Source: a virus. Taken from it: a DNA stretch of 64,000 nucleotides. Each line of letters starts with the position of its first letter. Position 1 is the first letter of the stretch. Both the position numbers and the translations under genes were made by a program. The DNA lies in IMG/VR virus record IMGVR_UViG_3300033489_000513; one strand, written 5' to 3'. The notes beneath the pieces were generated by a model. It was not told the origin of the DNA and did not search any database. It saw nothing but the letters and a program-made list of their open reading frames with translations. Positions 44,536 to 53,859 of the stretch are shown piece after piece.

Positions 44536-44588
44536 GATAGAAAGAAGGTTGTGAGAACGTTTAAACCTATGGAAAAAAAGAAAAAAAG

Positions 44589-44783
44589 TTAAAATATATC
44601 ATCCTCTTCCTCTTCAAAAGGGCAATAACGCTCATTTTCATTCACGGGGATAACATCCCCTTCGCGTATCCCTTGGACCGCTTTCACACATATGATTTGT
44701 CGGGGAGACCTTTCAAATCTGCCAGAACCTGAAAAAGTCGATTGTGATAGCATATGAATCACAAAGTTTCTCTCAAAGATCAA
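44589..44783 (-). CDS. small Cys-containing protein
   Basis: 64 aa. Confidence 0.45.
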   Translation of the reverse strand: MIFERNFVIHMLSQSTFSGSGRFERSPRQIICVKAVQGIREGDVIPVNENERYCPFEEEEDDIF

Positions 44784-45744
44784 GTTCCTTTCGTAATCTT
44801 GCTTCCAGAAGTGGTTTATTATCTACTTCAGTTGCTTCAATAGAGATTAGACGGATTCCTAAATAAGAATATAACCATTCTTTCCATTTACGATTTGAAT
44901 TATATTTAGGGTTTTCTTCAGGACCAAACCCCCAATATTCAATAACTGTTTTGGGAAAATCACGTATAAAAAAATCGGCAGTTACATATGCAGGAAGATA
45001 ACCCAAACCCCGCAAAATATCTGAAGGAATCATCTTTTTTACTTCTTCTTTATTAAATTGGATCGGAGCATTATATTGAATTTTCGCACCAATTTCTAAT
45101 AATTTTGAACTTAAAATCATTTCACCCCGACTTGAATAAAGAAATCCGTTACAATCAACCTTCGAAATTCCAATCTTTTGTTTTATTACTTCTCTATCTG
45201 TAAGCATTAATGTTTCTCCTTTTTCTATTTGAAGACTGTTCATTTTCTTAGAAACGAAATCGCCCCACCAATAATAAAATTGAATCGGAACTTCTGATTT
45301 AAATCGTGGTAAAAGCCTCCAAACCCCAGAAAAAGTGAGGAATATCTCCTCAATTGGGAGTCTTTCTGTGCGTTCCTGTGGGAAGGACAATTTGTCGTTC
45401 CCACCAGATATCTTATTTCGTTTTAGTTTAAAGTATTGAATATCTTCCTCAAAAATTAAATCTCCGCTGAACCTTCTTTTTTTTATTCTATGAAATGCTC
45501 GTTGAACAGAAGGGAAATTCATATTGATATATCGCGCAAAGTCTTTGAGAGTCATACACATTTTACCATTTATAGCGCGGAGATAAATCATCTCTCCATT
45601 AAATTTCCCAAATTCGTATTTAGCGAAATCGATATCTGCTTTTTCACTAAACTTCTCAATAAGGCGGGGAAGATAGTTAAATAAAGTATAATAACGAGAG
45701 ATAAGGTTTCCTTTTTTTATTTCAATAGTATCTTTTTTGGACAT
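44773..45744 (-). CDS. Bro-N-like DNA-binding + PD-(D/E)XK-like nuclease domain protein
   Basis: IFLTFSGVWRLL...FYYWW; C-terminal SRGE..., ADFF..VIEYWG..Y..RKWK..Y...GIRLISI. Confidence 0.5.
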   Translation of the reverse strand: MSKKDTIEIKKGNLISRYYTLFNYLPRLIEKFSEKADIDFAKYEFGKFNGEMIYLRAINGKMCMTLKDFARYINMNFPSVQRAFHRIKKRRFSGDLIFEEDIQYFKLKRNKISGGNDKLSFPQERTERLPIEEIFLTFSGVWRLLPRFKSEVPIQFYYWWGDFVSKKMNSLQIEKGETLMLTDREVIKQKIGISKVDCNGFLYSSRGEMILSSKLLEIGAKIQYNAPIQFNKEEVKKMIPSDILRGLGYLPAYVTADFFIRDFPKTVIEYWGFGPEENPKYNSNRKWKEWLYSYLGIRLISIEATEVDNKPLLEARLRKELDL

Positions 45745-45789
45745 AACTCAACCTTAAGTGAGAATGATTGTTTGTGAGTGTATTAAAAG

Positions 45790-45878
45790 TTAATCCTCTC
45801 ACGAAACCCCACCTCATTGCTCTCCGTTAGACTTAAAGGAGTCCCATTGTATTCTCAAAAAAGAGGAGGGGGGTAATT
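45790..45878. repeat. non-coding ~88-nt element, copy B
   Basis: homologous to 40601-40688. Confidence 0.6.
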
Positions 45879-46052
45879 ATTTATCTTCTTCAATAAAGGC
45901 GAGGAATCCGATTACTATTCCAAATAAAATCCCCACAAAATACATCAACCCTATAACCCACCCAGAGTAAATCCAGATCACAATGCCAAAAATAGACACA
46001 AGTATCGAAATAAGGATTGCTGCTTTTGTTTCATCGTTTATTCTTTTGTCAC

Positions 46053-46370
46053 TCATTCTAATCCGCTCTGCTCAAAAAGATGATCGAAACGTTCTTTGAT
46101 GTCTTTATCAAATAAACCAATAATTTCGGGATGTTCTTGGTTGTAATGTTCCCATAATTGCTTGAGAGTATCATCCGTAACGACCATTAGATTCAAAAAA
46201 CGGTAAGCGTATACTGTTCCACATAAACTACACTCAACTTTCACCATTTCTGGTGGAATGAAAACTATTTTTGCGATTGGTATATACTCTTTTAAATTAT
46301 ATCTTCTGTTATTATTCGAACGTAAAATGTAGATTACCATCCGCGCGCACGCCAAAACTATCGAGACCAA
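46053..46370 (-). CDS. Zn-finger hypothetical protein
   Basis: CSLC...HYNQEH; start uncertain. Confidence 0.45.
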   Translation of the reverse strand: MVSIVLACARMVIYILRSNNNRRYNLKEYIPIAKIVFIPPEMVKVECSLCGTVYAYRFLNLMVVTDDTLKQLWEHYNQEHPEIIGLFDKDIKERFDHLFEQSGLE

Positions 46371-46518
46371 GCTCTATAAAAATAGGAGTTTTCGATGGTT
46401 TTTCGATAGGCGCAGCCTCAATATGAATGTACCACTCATTTTGATCATTAATAATGAAACGTTCATTAAAGAGATATTTACCATCAGAACTAATAGTTGT
46501 TTTTTGTGCGACAATCAT
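46312..46518 (-). CDS. hypothetical protein
   Basis: 68 aa. Confidence 0.4.
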   Translation of the reverse strand: MIVAQKTTISSDGKYLFNERFIINDQNEWYIHIEAAPIEKPSKTPIFIELGLDSFGVRADGNLHFTFE

Positions 46519-46598
46519 TTCTTTTTCACTCAGAATTTTTGATAATCATAAAAGACATATGATACACTCTTATAAAAAGGTTGTGAGAGGGAGGAATT

Positions 46599-46799
46599 TC
46601 ATCGCGGAAGACCCCGCCGGCGTTGTTCGTTCCGAAGGATGGTTATTCGCAAGTTCCAAGATGCATCGTGCTCCAGTTGCTGCTCGACTGTCCGCGCCAA
46701 TGCCTGCAGCTCGGCATCGGGCAGTTTTTTTAAATCCGTGTAGGATAACAATTTGCCTTTTGACATAGATTTTTCATATTTCCGTTTTTCTTCAGACAT
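46599..46799 (-). CDS. hypothetical basic protein
   Basis: 66 aa. Confidence 0.5.
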   Translation of the reverse strand: MSEEKRKYEKSMSKGKLLSYTDLKKLPDAELQALARTVEQQLEHDASWNLRITILRNEQRRRGLPR

Positions 46800-46900
46800 A
46801 TGTTATGAGAGAAGCGAGGAATTAAAAATGCTTGTGAGAAAGGGAAAAATATAAAAGTTTCATAACTTGGATTAGATCTTTGTGAGAATGAAAGGGGAGG

Positions 46901-47158
46901 TTAAAATGGAACGCTCGTTTTCAACAGGCGCTCTAGTTTGGGGTTGTCTGGGAACACCCAAATAATAACGTGTCCATCATATATTATCTTGTTGGAACTT
47001 TCGAGGTATTCCAAGATTGTCTGGAATGTCGAGTATTGCACCTGTCGGGGAAGGCTCTTAAGGAGCGCCTTCTTGGTGGGATAGGATTTACTTTCCTTGA
47101 TCGCCTTCTCCACCATTAAGATGGTGTCGAGTTGCGGATTGTGTAACATCTTGATCAC
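46901..47158 (-). CDS. archaeal-type winged-helix protein
   Basis: HNPQLDTILMVEKAI...LPRQVQYSTFQTILEYLESSNKI...IIW..DNPKL. Confidence 0.65.
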   Translation of the reverse strand: MIKMLHNPQLDTILMVEKAIKESKSYPTKKALLKSLPRQVQYSTFQTILEYLESSNKIIYDGHVIIWVFPDNPKLERLLKTSVPF

Positions 47159-47740
47159 TTCTTGTTATAACACAAATCTTGTATAATCTATATTATGATA
47201 AATGACCCTATAAACTTATACAATGCCGTTAAAAAGTCTCCTTCCAATCCCAAGAATTAGGGTAATTATTGAGAGATTCGCTGGCGAATGAAATCGGCGG
47301 GAGATTGATTTTCCCCATAAAGTTCCCATTCATAAAATACACGAAGATACTCTGATCCTCCTAAAGAAGTGCAAATTCCTTCTTTGGATAAAGCTATCCA
47401 AGTGTTATCAAATTCACTCAGATTTGTATTCTTTTTCCACGGCTCAATATAAGCGAAAAGACCATTCCATAACCAAAAACTATTAAAGTTTTGGCATAAA
47501 AGGGTTTTTCCCGTTCAATTTCTTGTTGTGCCATTTCATATGTATCCCAAACTCCCCCAAAACTATGGATACTTTGGTCTGGATTTTTCCAGATAATAAC
47601 AAATATAATATCGCTTTTTTCCGTGAGAGACATAATTGTGAGATAAGGAAAGGGTAAAATAAATATCTTTGTGAGAGTGAAATAAAAGGAGTGTAGGAAG
47701 ATTTACACAAAAAAAGGGAGTATTTAAACCAAAAATAAAA

Positions 47741-47760
47741 GGGTTCGAACCCCAAAACCC
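47741..47760. repeat. 20-bp direct repeat copy 1 (GGGTTCGAACCCCAAAACCC)
   Basis: identical copy at 48298-48317; contains palindrome GGGTTCGAACCC. Confidence 0.85.
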
Positions 47761-48009
47761 CATCGCGATTGCGCCCGTCAGACTCATATTTCTGCTTTTC
47801 CTAAGACATTCATTTACAAGAAAAGGGGTATTTAAAGCAAAAAAGATAAAAACGGAGATCGCACGATCTGGAAACGATCTTTGGTTTCTTTCGTTCCATC
47901 GTTCTAAAGATCATTTTACCTTCTTTATGGAACGAAGAGAAGGGAAAGCTTGTCATCATTCAAATTCACCGCCGAGATGGGAGAAGGGGAAATTAAGGAG
48001 AAGAAAAAG

Positions 48010-48606
48010 TGTAGCAAACCTGTAGATTTGTATAAATAGTTATTTATGAGACAAAAAAGGAAATTGTTTGCTACAGGTTTGCTACAAACCTACTATAAAT
48101 ATTTCCTCAAAATCTTCGGAAAACTCGGCGAGCAAAACAGGTTTGCTACACCTTTCCTCGTCTCATTTGGGGTATATCACGCGGGAAGGAAGAAAAGATG
48201 GGAAAAAATATAGTCGGTATCAGGGGGAAGGGGGTTGCTACAACTTTGCTCGACTATTTAAAGCTTGTAGCAGACGGTTTGCTACAAGAACGGATCCGGG
48301 TTCGAACCCCAAAACCCGCGCCGTTTCTCACGGAAATTGAGATCGAGGGAAAATGACCCTTTTTTGTCGTGAAATGATCGTTCTACCTGCATCTACACGT
48401 GTACTCTGTTACCAACTAGCAAACAGGGACCAAACCAATCCGACCCAAATACATCTGCTCAATTCTGAACTTTTTGTAGCAGGCTTTCGCTCCAGGGAGC
48501 GAGAGCAACTTACGCGTGAGATCTAGCTATCTTCCATCTGCGCGTACTGTGAGAGAACCATATGTGCTTTCTCTCGCGGGGGTAAGATATGGTTTGCTCT
48601 GCTACA
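48010..48606. repeat. iteron-like TGCTACA/TGTAGCA cluster, candidate origin
   Basis: 9 copies in ~600 nt; 16-bp perfect inverted repeat 48010-48025/48071-48086 around an AT-rich spacer; (TA)n run near 48641-48657. Confidence 0.55.
48298..48317. repeat. 20-bp direct repeat copy 2
   Basis: identical to 47741-47760. Confidence 0.85.
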
Positions 48607-48766
48607 GGAGTACACACTACTAGCTAGCTACTAGTACAAGTTATATATATATATATACAGTTCATTCTAGGGTAGAGCAAACTTGTAGAAAACCCCCCCT
48701 TTTCTTGTAGTTTCTGTGTAGTAATACCTGCTCAACTTTATTACTCTGGCGTTCTATACTTTCCGT

Positions 48767-49159
48767 ATGGACGAAGTAAAATTACAACTCGTAATCGCCG
48801 CATTGAAGTCAAAACGACCGTATAAAACCTATCGGGATATCCAACAAGAGTTTCATATTAATTATACTACTATTAACTTAATTATCTCTGAGAATGAGAT
48901 TCAACGGAAAACAAAATCACCTCCTGCAGATAAGAATCTTGTGATTCAATCTCTCAGAGAACGAAAAACCTATGAAGAAATTCGGCAAATCTTTCATCTC
49001 AGTAAGACTACTATCGCTCAACTCATCAAAGAAAATAATATCCAACGAAGAAGAAAGTCTAAAACTTCCCTTCAATGGATTGGAAAAACCCCCGTTAAGA
49101 AATCAAGGAAAAAAATCTCGGATTATTTTCCCCATCGATTTATTGGGAAAGATCCTTAA
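48767..49159 (+). CDS. tandem helix-turn-helix DNA-binding protein
   Basis: two repeats KTYRDIQQEFHINYTTINLII / KTYEEIRQIFHLSKTTIAQLI. Confidence 0.7.
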   Translation: MDEVKLQLVIAALKSKRPYKTYRDIQQEFHINYTTINLIISENEIQRKTKSPPADKNLVIQSLRERKTYEEIRQIFHLSKTTIAQLIKENNIQRRRKSKTSLQWIGKTPVKKSRKKISDYFPHRFIGKDP

Positions 49160-49790
49160 AAATAATCTTTTAGTAACTCAACCTTAAATATACCCGACAT
49201 ATATCCTCTGTTCGGGGTGGCGCAACCTCGGATTCTCATACAGGCTATGGGTTTCGCGGATCAGCCGATCTGGACCCACATCAAAAAAACATTAAAAAAA
49301 TAAACATTAATAAACTTTTCTAAAAAAAGAATGAACAATGTATAGGGTAGTATAACCTACATCACATCAGGCTATATACACTAGAGCCAATCAGTTCCTG
49401 GGTTCAAAATAAAAAAGAAATAAGCTGATTGCATATGATAGGTCAATAGAAAGAGGCTACCCCTGGAGGGAGGGGGGGTATCTGGGGGTATATATAGCGA
49501 TAGACTGAAGCAAAAAAAGGAAGTTATCGCAGAATGTTTACTGTTTTACTCGTTTGTTCTTTGATGTGTTCAATCTGTTTGAACGCGAATTCTTCCTCGA
49601 TTTCCTGGAGGATTTTTTCTGCGGTTTTTTTGACCGGAAGAATTACCTTGAATTTTTTCTTAGGAAGGGGTTCCATGTTCTCACACCTATTTTACAATTT
49701 ATCCCTCTTTTTTTATATTTTTTAATATTTCATTTTATAAGCTTTTTACATAAGCTTCTCACTTAACGAATATATAGAATCAACGATTGT

Positions 49791-49809
49791 TTTTAAGGTC
49801 TTCTCACAA
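49791..49809 (-). promoter_or_regulatory. class A cassette promoter TTGTGAGAAGACC-TTAAAA
   Basis: motif repeated about 10 times in 49.8-59.3 kb. Confidence 0.65.
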
Positions 49810-50000
49810 ATAAATATTAAAAAAAAGGTTCATAAAAGGCTTCCAATGGCGATATGGAGAGCCTTTCTGGCAATATATAATTGATATTCAACGACATTAT
49901 CTTTCGTTAGTTCCGCAAGTTTACAAATTTCCTGATAGACGTTTTCTAACTGTTGTTTTTCAGATGTCATACTTTTTTTCCCTCTTTTTTTAAGAAGATA

Positions 50001-50261
50001 TTATTTTTCTTTTACCGAAAGGATTTCGATGGGAATAATCCATCCCACCCTTTTTAGCTGTTCTACTTCTTTGACGGCGCGCTCATAGGTTTCATGCCAT
50101 GCGAAGACACATTCTTCATAAATTCTGCCTTCATCATCAATTGGGCCTGTTAATCTTGGCGCGGTAGAGTGATATAAAGCAAATTTATATTCATATTTGA
50201 CAGAATTTCTTTTATAGGTTTTTCCGTTTTTTGTGACAATAAAGGTCCTTTTTTCTGGCAT
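50001..50261 (-). CDS. hypothetical protein
   Basis: 86 aa behind cassette promoter 50323-50342. Confidence 0.6.
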   Translation of the reverse strand: MPEKRTFIVTKNGKTYKRNSVKYEYKFALYHSTAPRLTGPIDDEGRIYEECVFAWHETYERAVKEVEQLKRVGWIIPIEILSVKEK

Positions 50262-50322
50262 TTTATTTTTCCCTTTCTTTGTATGCTTTTTTGTAGTGGT
50301 AAGAATATTAAGCCATCTTTCC

Positions 50323-50342
50323 CTTATAAGGTCTTCTCACAA
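50323..50342 (-). promoter_or_regulatory. class A cassette promoter TTGTGAGAAGACC-TTATAAG
   Basis: BRE-position GAGAA plus TATA. Confidence 0.65.
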
Positions 50343-50694
50343 ACAATTAATTAAATGATAAATCAAATAACTCGATTTCAGAGAGCGCAATCGGACATTC
50401 ATTAAAGTCAATTGTGCAATCGTTAATATGCGCACAGTGAGCCATCATACAAAGCTTGGATTTTGGCGCGGAGGTTTTTGATTTCATATTTTTTCTCTCA
50501 TTTTTTTATTAGAAACATTCATCGTGAAATTGGCACTCGATACAATCTCGCCCTTCTCGCGATTCGAAGAAGCAATATTTGCGTTTATTATTTTTCGGGG
50601 TTTTTGGTATAGAAGATTTTTTTTGATTCATATTTTTCACATTGGTTTTTTGTACAGTTTTCTGTAGGATTAAATATATTAAAGAGGCTCTGCC

Positions 50695-50713
50695 CTATAA
50701 GGTCTTCTCACAA
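50695..50713 (-). promoter_or_regulatory. class A cassette promoter
   Basis: TTGTGAGAAGACC-TTATAG. Confidence 0.6.
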
Positions 50714-51579
50714 TCCACGTCAACCCTAAACATCTCGGCGCGAATAGAGGGGAGCAGATAGTAGTATCTTGTGAGATATCTCCGAGGAAATAACCGTCCT
50801 GGCGCGAGAAGGGGCGAGCAGATATTGAGGTTTGTTTATCCGTGAGAAACTTATTGTGAGTTATTTAATATTGAGATGTAATTAAATAACAGAATATGTG
50901 AGAAGCATTCGATTAAATATCGCTAAATTCTGAGAGAACAACCAAATGGTTGACGCTAACTCCCCGGAAATTGTCTCTTTTACGCGCCAAGATGGGGTGT
51001 TTTTTCGATGGAGACTAGATCTTCATCTCGGTTCACCTAGCTGAAAGGGGGCGAAGTTGTGAGAACTTTGCTCGAAAACACGGTCTTTTATTTTTATGGG
51101 TCCAAGCTGCGAGCCCTGAACTAGGGTCATACCTTGTGGATCGCTTCTTGGCGCGAATTTCTTCTCGGCGCGAAAAGGCTGGGCATCAGTTTTATCGAGG
51201 ATATCTCCCTTTCCTTTCACGCATAGACGAGCCCTGGGACCTTCAATTTTTCACTAAGGTCCCTTCGATCTTTTTTGGGTTTCGCTTCCCGATATCACGC
51301 GCCGGGAGAAAAGTCATATTCTATGATCATTTTGTGGGTTCTATTTTTTTCCCGTTAGAAATCTTTCTCAATCCTAAAAAAAAAGGTTCTAGAAAATATT
51401 TTTTATTTTCGCCCCCCTTCCAGGGACCCTTCCCTTTATATGCATCCCCGATCACCTTTTGCTCTATTCGCGCAAGCACGAATCAATCAGTTCCTCGGAA
51501 GAAAGGGTTATCCTACTTTATTCTACCCAATCCTACCTTTCCTCATTTTACTATGTAGTAGCCTATCTATCGAAGTCGA

Positions 51580-51659
51580 TATGTAGAGACTATGCATAGC
51601 TATGTAGAGTCTGTGCATAGCTATGTAGAGCCTGTGCATAGCTATGTAGTGACTATATC
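51580..51659. repeat. 21-bp tandem repeat x3.8
   Basis: TATGTAGAGNCT(A/G)TGCATAGC units. Confidence 0.85.
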
Positions 51660-51719
51660 GCTACCCACATATGTTCCTCATTTTGGTGAGCCCTGAGCCG
51701 AAGTAATCAAGAAGAGAAT

Positions 51720-51791
51720 CGTAATAACCGTTGTACTAATAATGGTACTAACAACGGTAATAACCGCGGTTCTAACCGCGGTTCTAACCGA
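51720..51791. repeat. imperfect 12-bp tandem repeat x6
   Basis: GGT(A/T)(A/C)TAAC(C/A)(G/A)C-like units, e.g. GGTTCTAACCGC. Confidence 0.7.
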
Positions 51792-51871
51792 CAATAAACA
51801 TCTTGGCGGAAATACGTACAGTATAGAAGTATACGTGCTTTTTCCCCCCAAAAGGTCTTTTTCCCGAAAGG

Positions 51872-52066
51872 TTATTTGCGATAACTAAGACCGATTTCAA
51901 CAAGGACGTTATCAAACTGCTCTTCGGTTTTTAGTAAGAGATCGAAGATCTGCTTGAGAGTTTCATTTTCGCCTATTTCCCGCTTTAAGAGATAGTATCT
52001 ATTCCCAATCTTCTCCGTGAGATTAAAAAAAGAATGGGCATAACCCTTAATTTTATCAAAGTCCAT
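51872..52066 (-). CDS. hypothetical protein
   Basis: 64 aa. Confidence 0.5.
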   Translation of the reverse strand: MDFDKIKGYAHSFFNLTEKIGNRYYLLKREIGENETLKQIFDLLLKTEEQFDNVLVEIGLSYRK

Positions 52067-52070
52067 TCTT

Positions 52071-52259
52071 TCAACTCTCCATCGTTTTCGTTAATGCGTC
52101 AAGTATTGCGCGTTGCGCGGGGCTCACATAGAGGGAAAAATGCTTGCTTGTCTTGTGAGTTTTCATATATTGTTCTTTCTGGAGTTGGTATTCGGCGGCT
52201 GCAGTGGTTTGAGCTAATTCTTGGAGGAATTTTCTCAATTCTTTTTTATCTAATCCCAT
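52071..52259 (-). CDS. hypothetical protein, possible RHH-like C-terminus
   Basis: KHFSLYVSPAQRAILDAL. Confidence 0.45.
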   Translation of the reverse strand: MGLDKKELRKFLQELAQTTAAAEYQLQKEQYMKTHKTSKHFSLYVSPAQRAILDALTKTMES

Positions 52260-52757
52260 ATTGGTTCAACTCTGTTTTTAGAAGGTATTTCTGTTCTCAT
52301 TAATCCCCTTTAAAAAGGAATTAAAAAGAAAAGAAAATTCAAGTCACTGCCCCGATCCTACAAGTCTGCACGGCTTTAGGAGGAGCTAAACAATATTGCG
52401 CACAGTAAATATATTGCCCACAAGTCTGTAGGAAGTTACATTCACAACATTTTTTTGGTGTGTAGGTATCTACCATATTTCTTTCATCTCTCTAAGAGAA
52501 AAGTAAAAAAGGGTTCTAAATTTGATCTGGGTGAATACATTTTTCATCCATTTTATTCATCTCATTTTTGTGTGATATTTTGTATTAAAGAGATAGAATC
52601 AAGTCTCTCGCGAGATGCGAGGGGGTTTGAGACGAGCAGATTCTTTGCACTGGCTTCACGGAGTTTTGCCATCATCGCTCGCGGGGAAACCTGCGAATCT
52701 CCCCCCTTAAATTCTAGATTGATTGATAATTACAGTAAATCTTAACTCTCCATCTTT

Positions 52758-52985
52758 TTATTTGGCAACGAAATCGGCCACAATCATCTTGAATTGTTCC
52801 AAAGAGAGCTTAATCTCGCTCCGCTCGCAAATATCCGTGAGCAGGGTTCGAATTTCACTCTGCTCTTCCATAATCTCGGCTGCAGCGCGGAGAAGACTCG
52901 CTCTAATAGACATATCCTCACAAACTAATGACTGATCGCGGAGTTGTTTGGCGATGGAGACTGCGTTATCATAATCTAATGCCAT
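52758..52985 (-). CDS. hypothetical protein
   Basis: 75 aa behind cassette promoter 53046-53065. Confidence 0.6.
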   Translation of the reverse strand: MALDYDNAVSIAKQLRDQSLVCEDMSIRASLLRAAAEIMEEQSEIRTLLTDICERSEIKLSLEQFKMIVADFVAK

Positions 52986-53092
52986 ATTTTTTCACGTTTT
53001 TGTTTTTGTAATGTTTTTTGTATGATCTATCTAACGCAAGTCTCGCTTATAAACTCTTCTCACAACTTATATCAAATAATAACAAAAAAAGA

Positions 53093-53413
53093 TTAGCCAT
53101 AAATGTGGAGAATGGATAGGGACTTATGAGCTGATTGATGCTCGTTTTCATCTTCGTTTGGGACAACAAAGGATCCAAATACCCCATCATAGGTCCAATT
53201 AATCCTCCGGAGCTTTCCCGCCACCGCCTGGCGGACAAGGCGGAGATAATATTCAACACACCCGCTCGGGGGGCGCTGATCCCGCGCATATTCGGATTGC
53301 CCTTCCCGGATAAACAAGAAGGTCAATGGAACGCGACAATAATTTATGTCGCTCGCGGTAGTCTCAATCTTCAAACATTCTACGTTGCCATAAAACACAA
53401 TAGATTCTTTCAT
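53093..53413 (-). CDS. hypothetical protein
   Basis: 106 aa. Confidence 0.5.
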   Translation of the reverse strand: MKESIVFYGNVECLKIETTASDINYCRVPLTFLFIREGQSEYARDQRPPSGCVEYYLRLVRQAVAGKLRRINWTYDGVFGSFVVPNEDENEHQSAHKSLSILHIYG

Positions 53414-53499
53414 ATTTTTTCAACTCGTTTCTATTCTCGTTAATGTTCCAGTGGAACATTAAAGAGAAAAGAAAAAATATTATTCTTGGTGGGTGAAAA

Positions 53500-53763
53500 T
53501 TAAATTTTGGTTACGATATAGGTTACCGCGACAATGCTCATCGCCCCACAAACATAGAGTTCGATGGCAATGATATCGTTAGGCAGGTTAGCCAGTATTA
53601 CACCATACCCGCCTATTCCATTCACGAACGAATCCAATAGCTCGTGAAACATCTCAAAGCCCTCAGTAACTGCGATGAGAGATACGAGCGCGATGCAATA
53701 TCCAACAATAATCGTTTTTTTCAGCGTTTTTTTCAGCATTTTTTTCCATTTTATTTCAATCAT
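53500..53763 (-). CDS. small membrane protein
   Basis: hydrophobic segments; full cassette 53764-53843 upstream. Confidence 0.6.
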   Translation of the reverse strand: MIEIKWKKMLKKTLKKTIIVGYCIALVSLIAVTEGFEMFHELLDSFVNGIGGYGVILANLPNDIIAIELYVCGAMSIVAVTYIVTKI

Positions 53764-53843
53764 ATTTTTTTCACTTTCTATTTTGTATGATATTCTGTAT
53801 TAAGATAATAGAATCAATTCTCGCCTATAAGCTCTTCTCACAA
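53764..53843 (-). repeat. ~80-bp promoter-leader cassette
   Basis: TTGTGAGAAGAGC-TTATAG-GCGAGAATTGATTCTATTATCTTAATACAGAATATCATACAAAA..AAAGTGAAAAA-ATG; near-identical at 54121-54201, 58465-58545, 59245-59313, partial at 52566-52613. Confidence 0.8.
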
Positions 53844-53859
53844 ATAAAAAAAGACATAA

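Noticed and set aside
24370-44590. + strand micro-ORFs starting at the spacer ATG/GTG codons
   Set aside because: Frames differ between copies, lengths range from 1 to ~47 codons with no shared peptide, and there is no + strand promoter upstream; better explained as antisense content of the sRNAs.
47741-48317. GGGTTCGAACCC as tRNA genes
   Set aside because: Only a T-arm-like palindrome, with no upstream D or anticodon arms; kept as a DNA repeat.
48373-48520. + strand ATGATCG...CGTGA pair
   Set aside because: About 140 nt apart with no complementary closing stem.
49211-49280. Possible tRNA-iMet (CGGGGTGGCGCAACC...CTCATA)
   Set aside because: 5' end and CTCATA resemble initiator tRNA, but the D-arm 3' strand, anticodon stem, T-loop and acceptor pairing are missing; no cloverleaf.
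51580-51659. CRISPR array
   Set aside because: Contiguous 21-bp units with no spacers.
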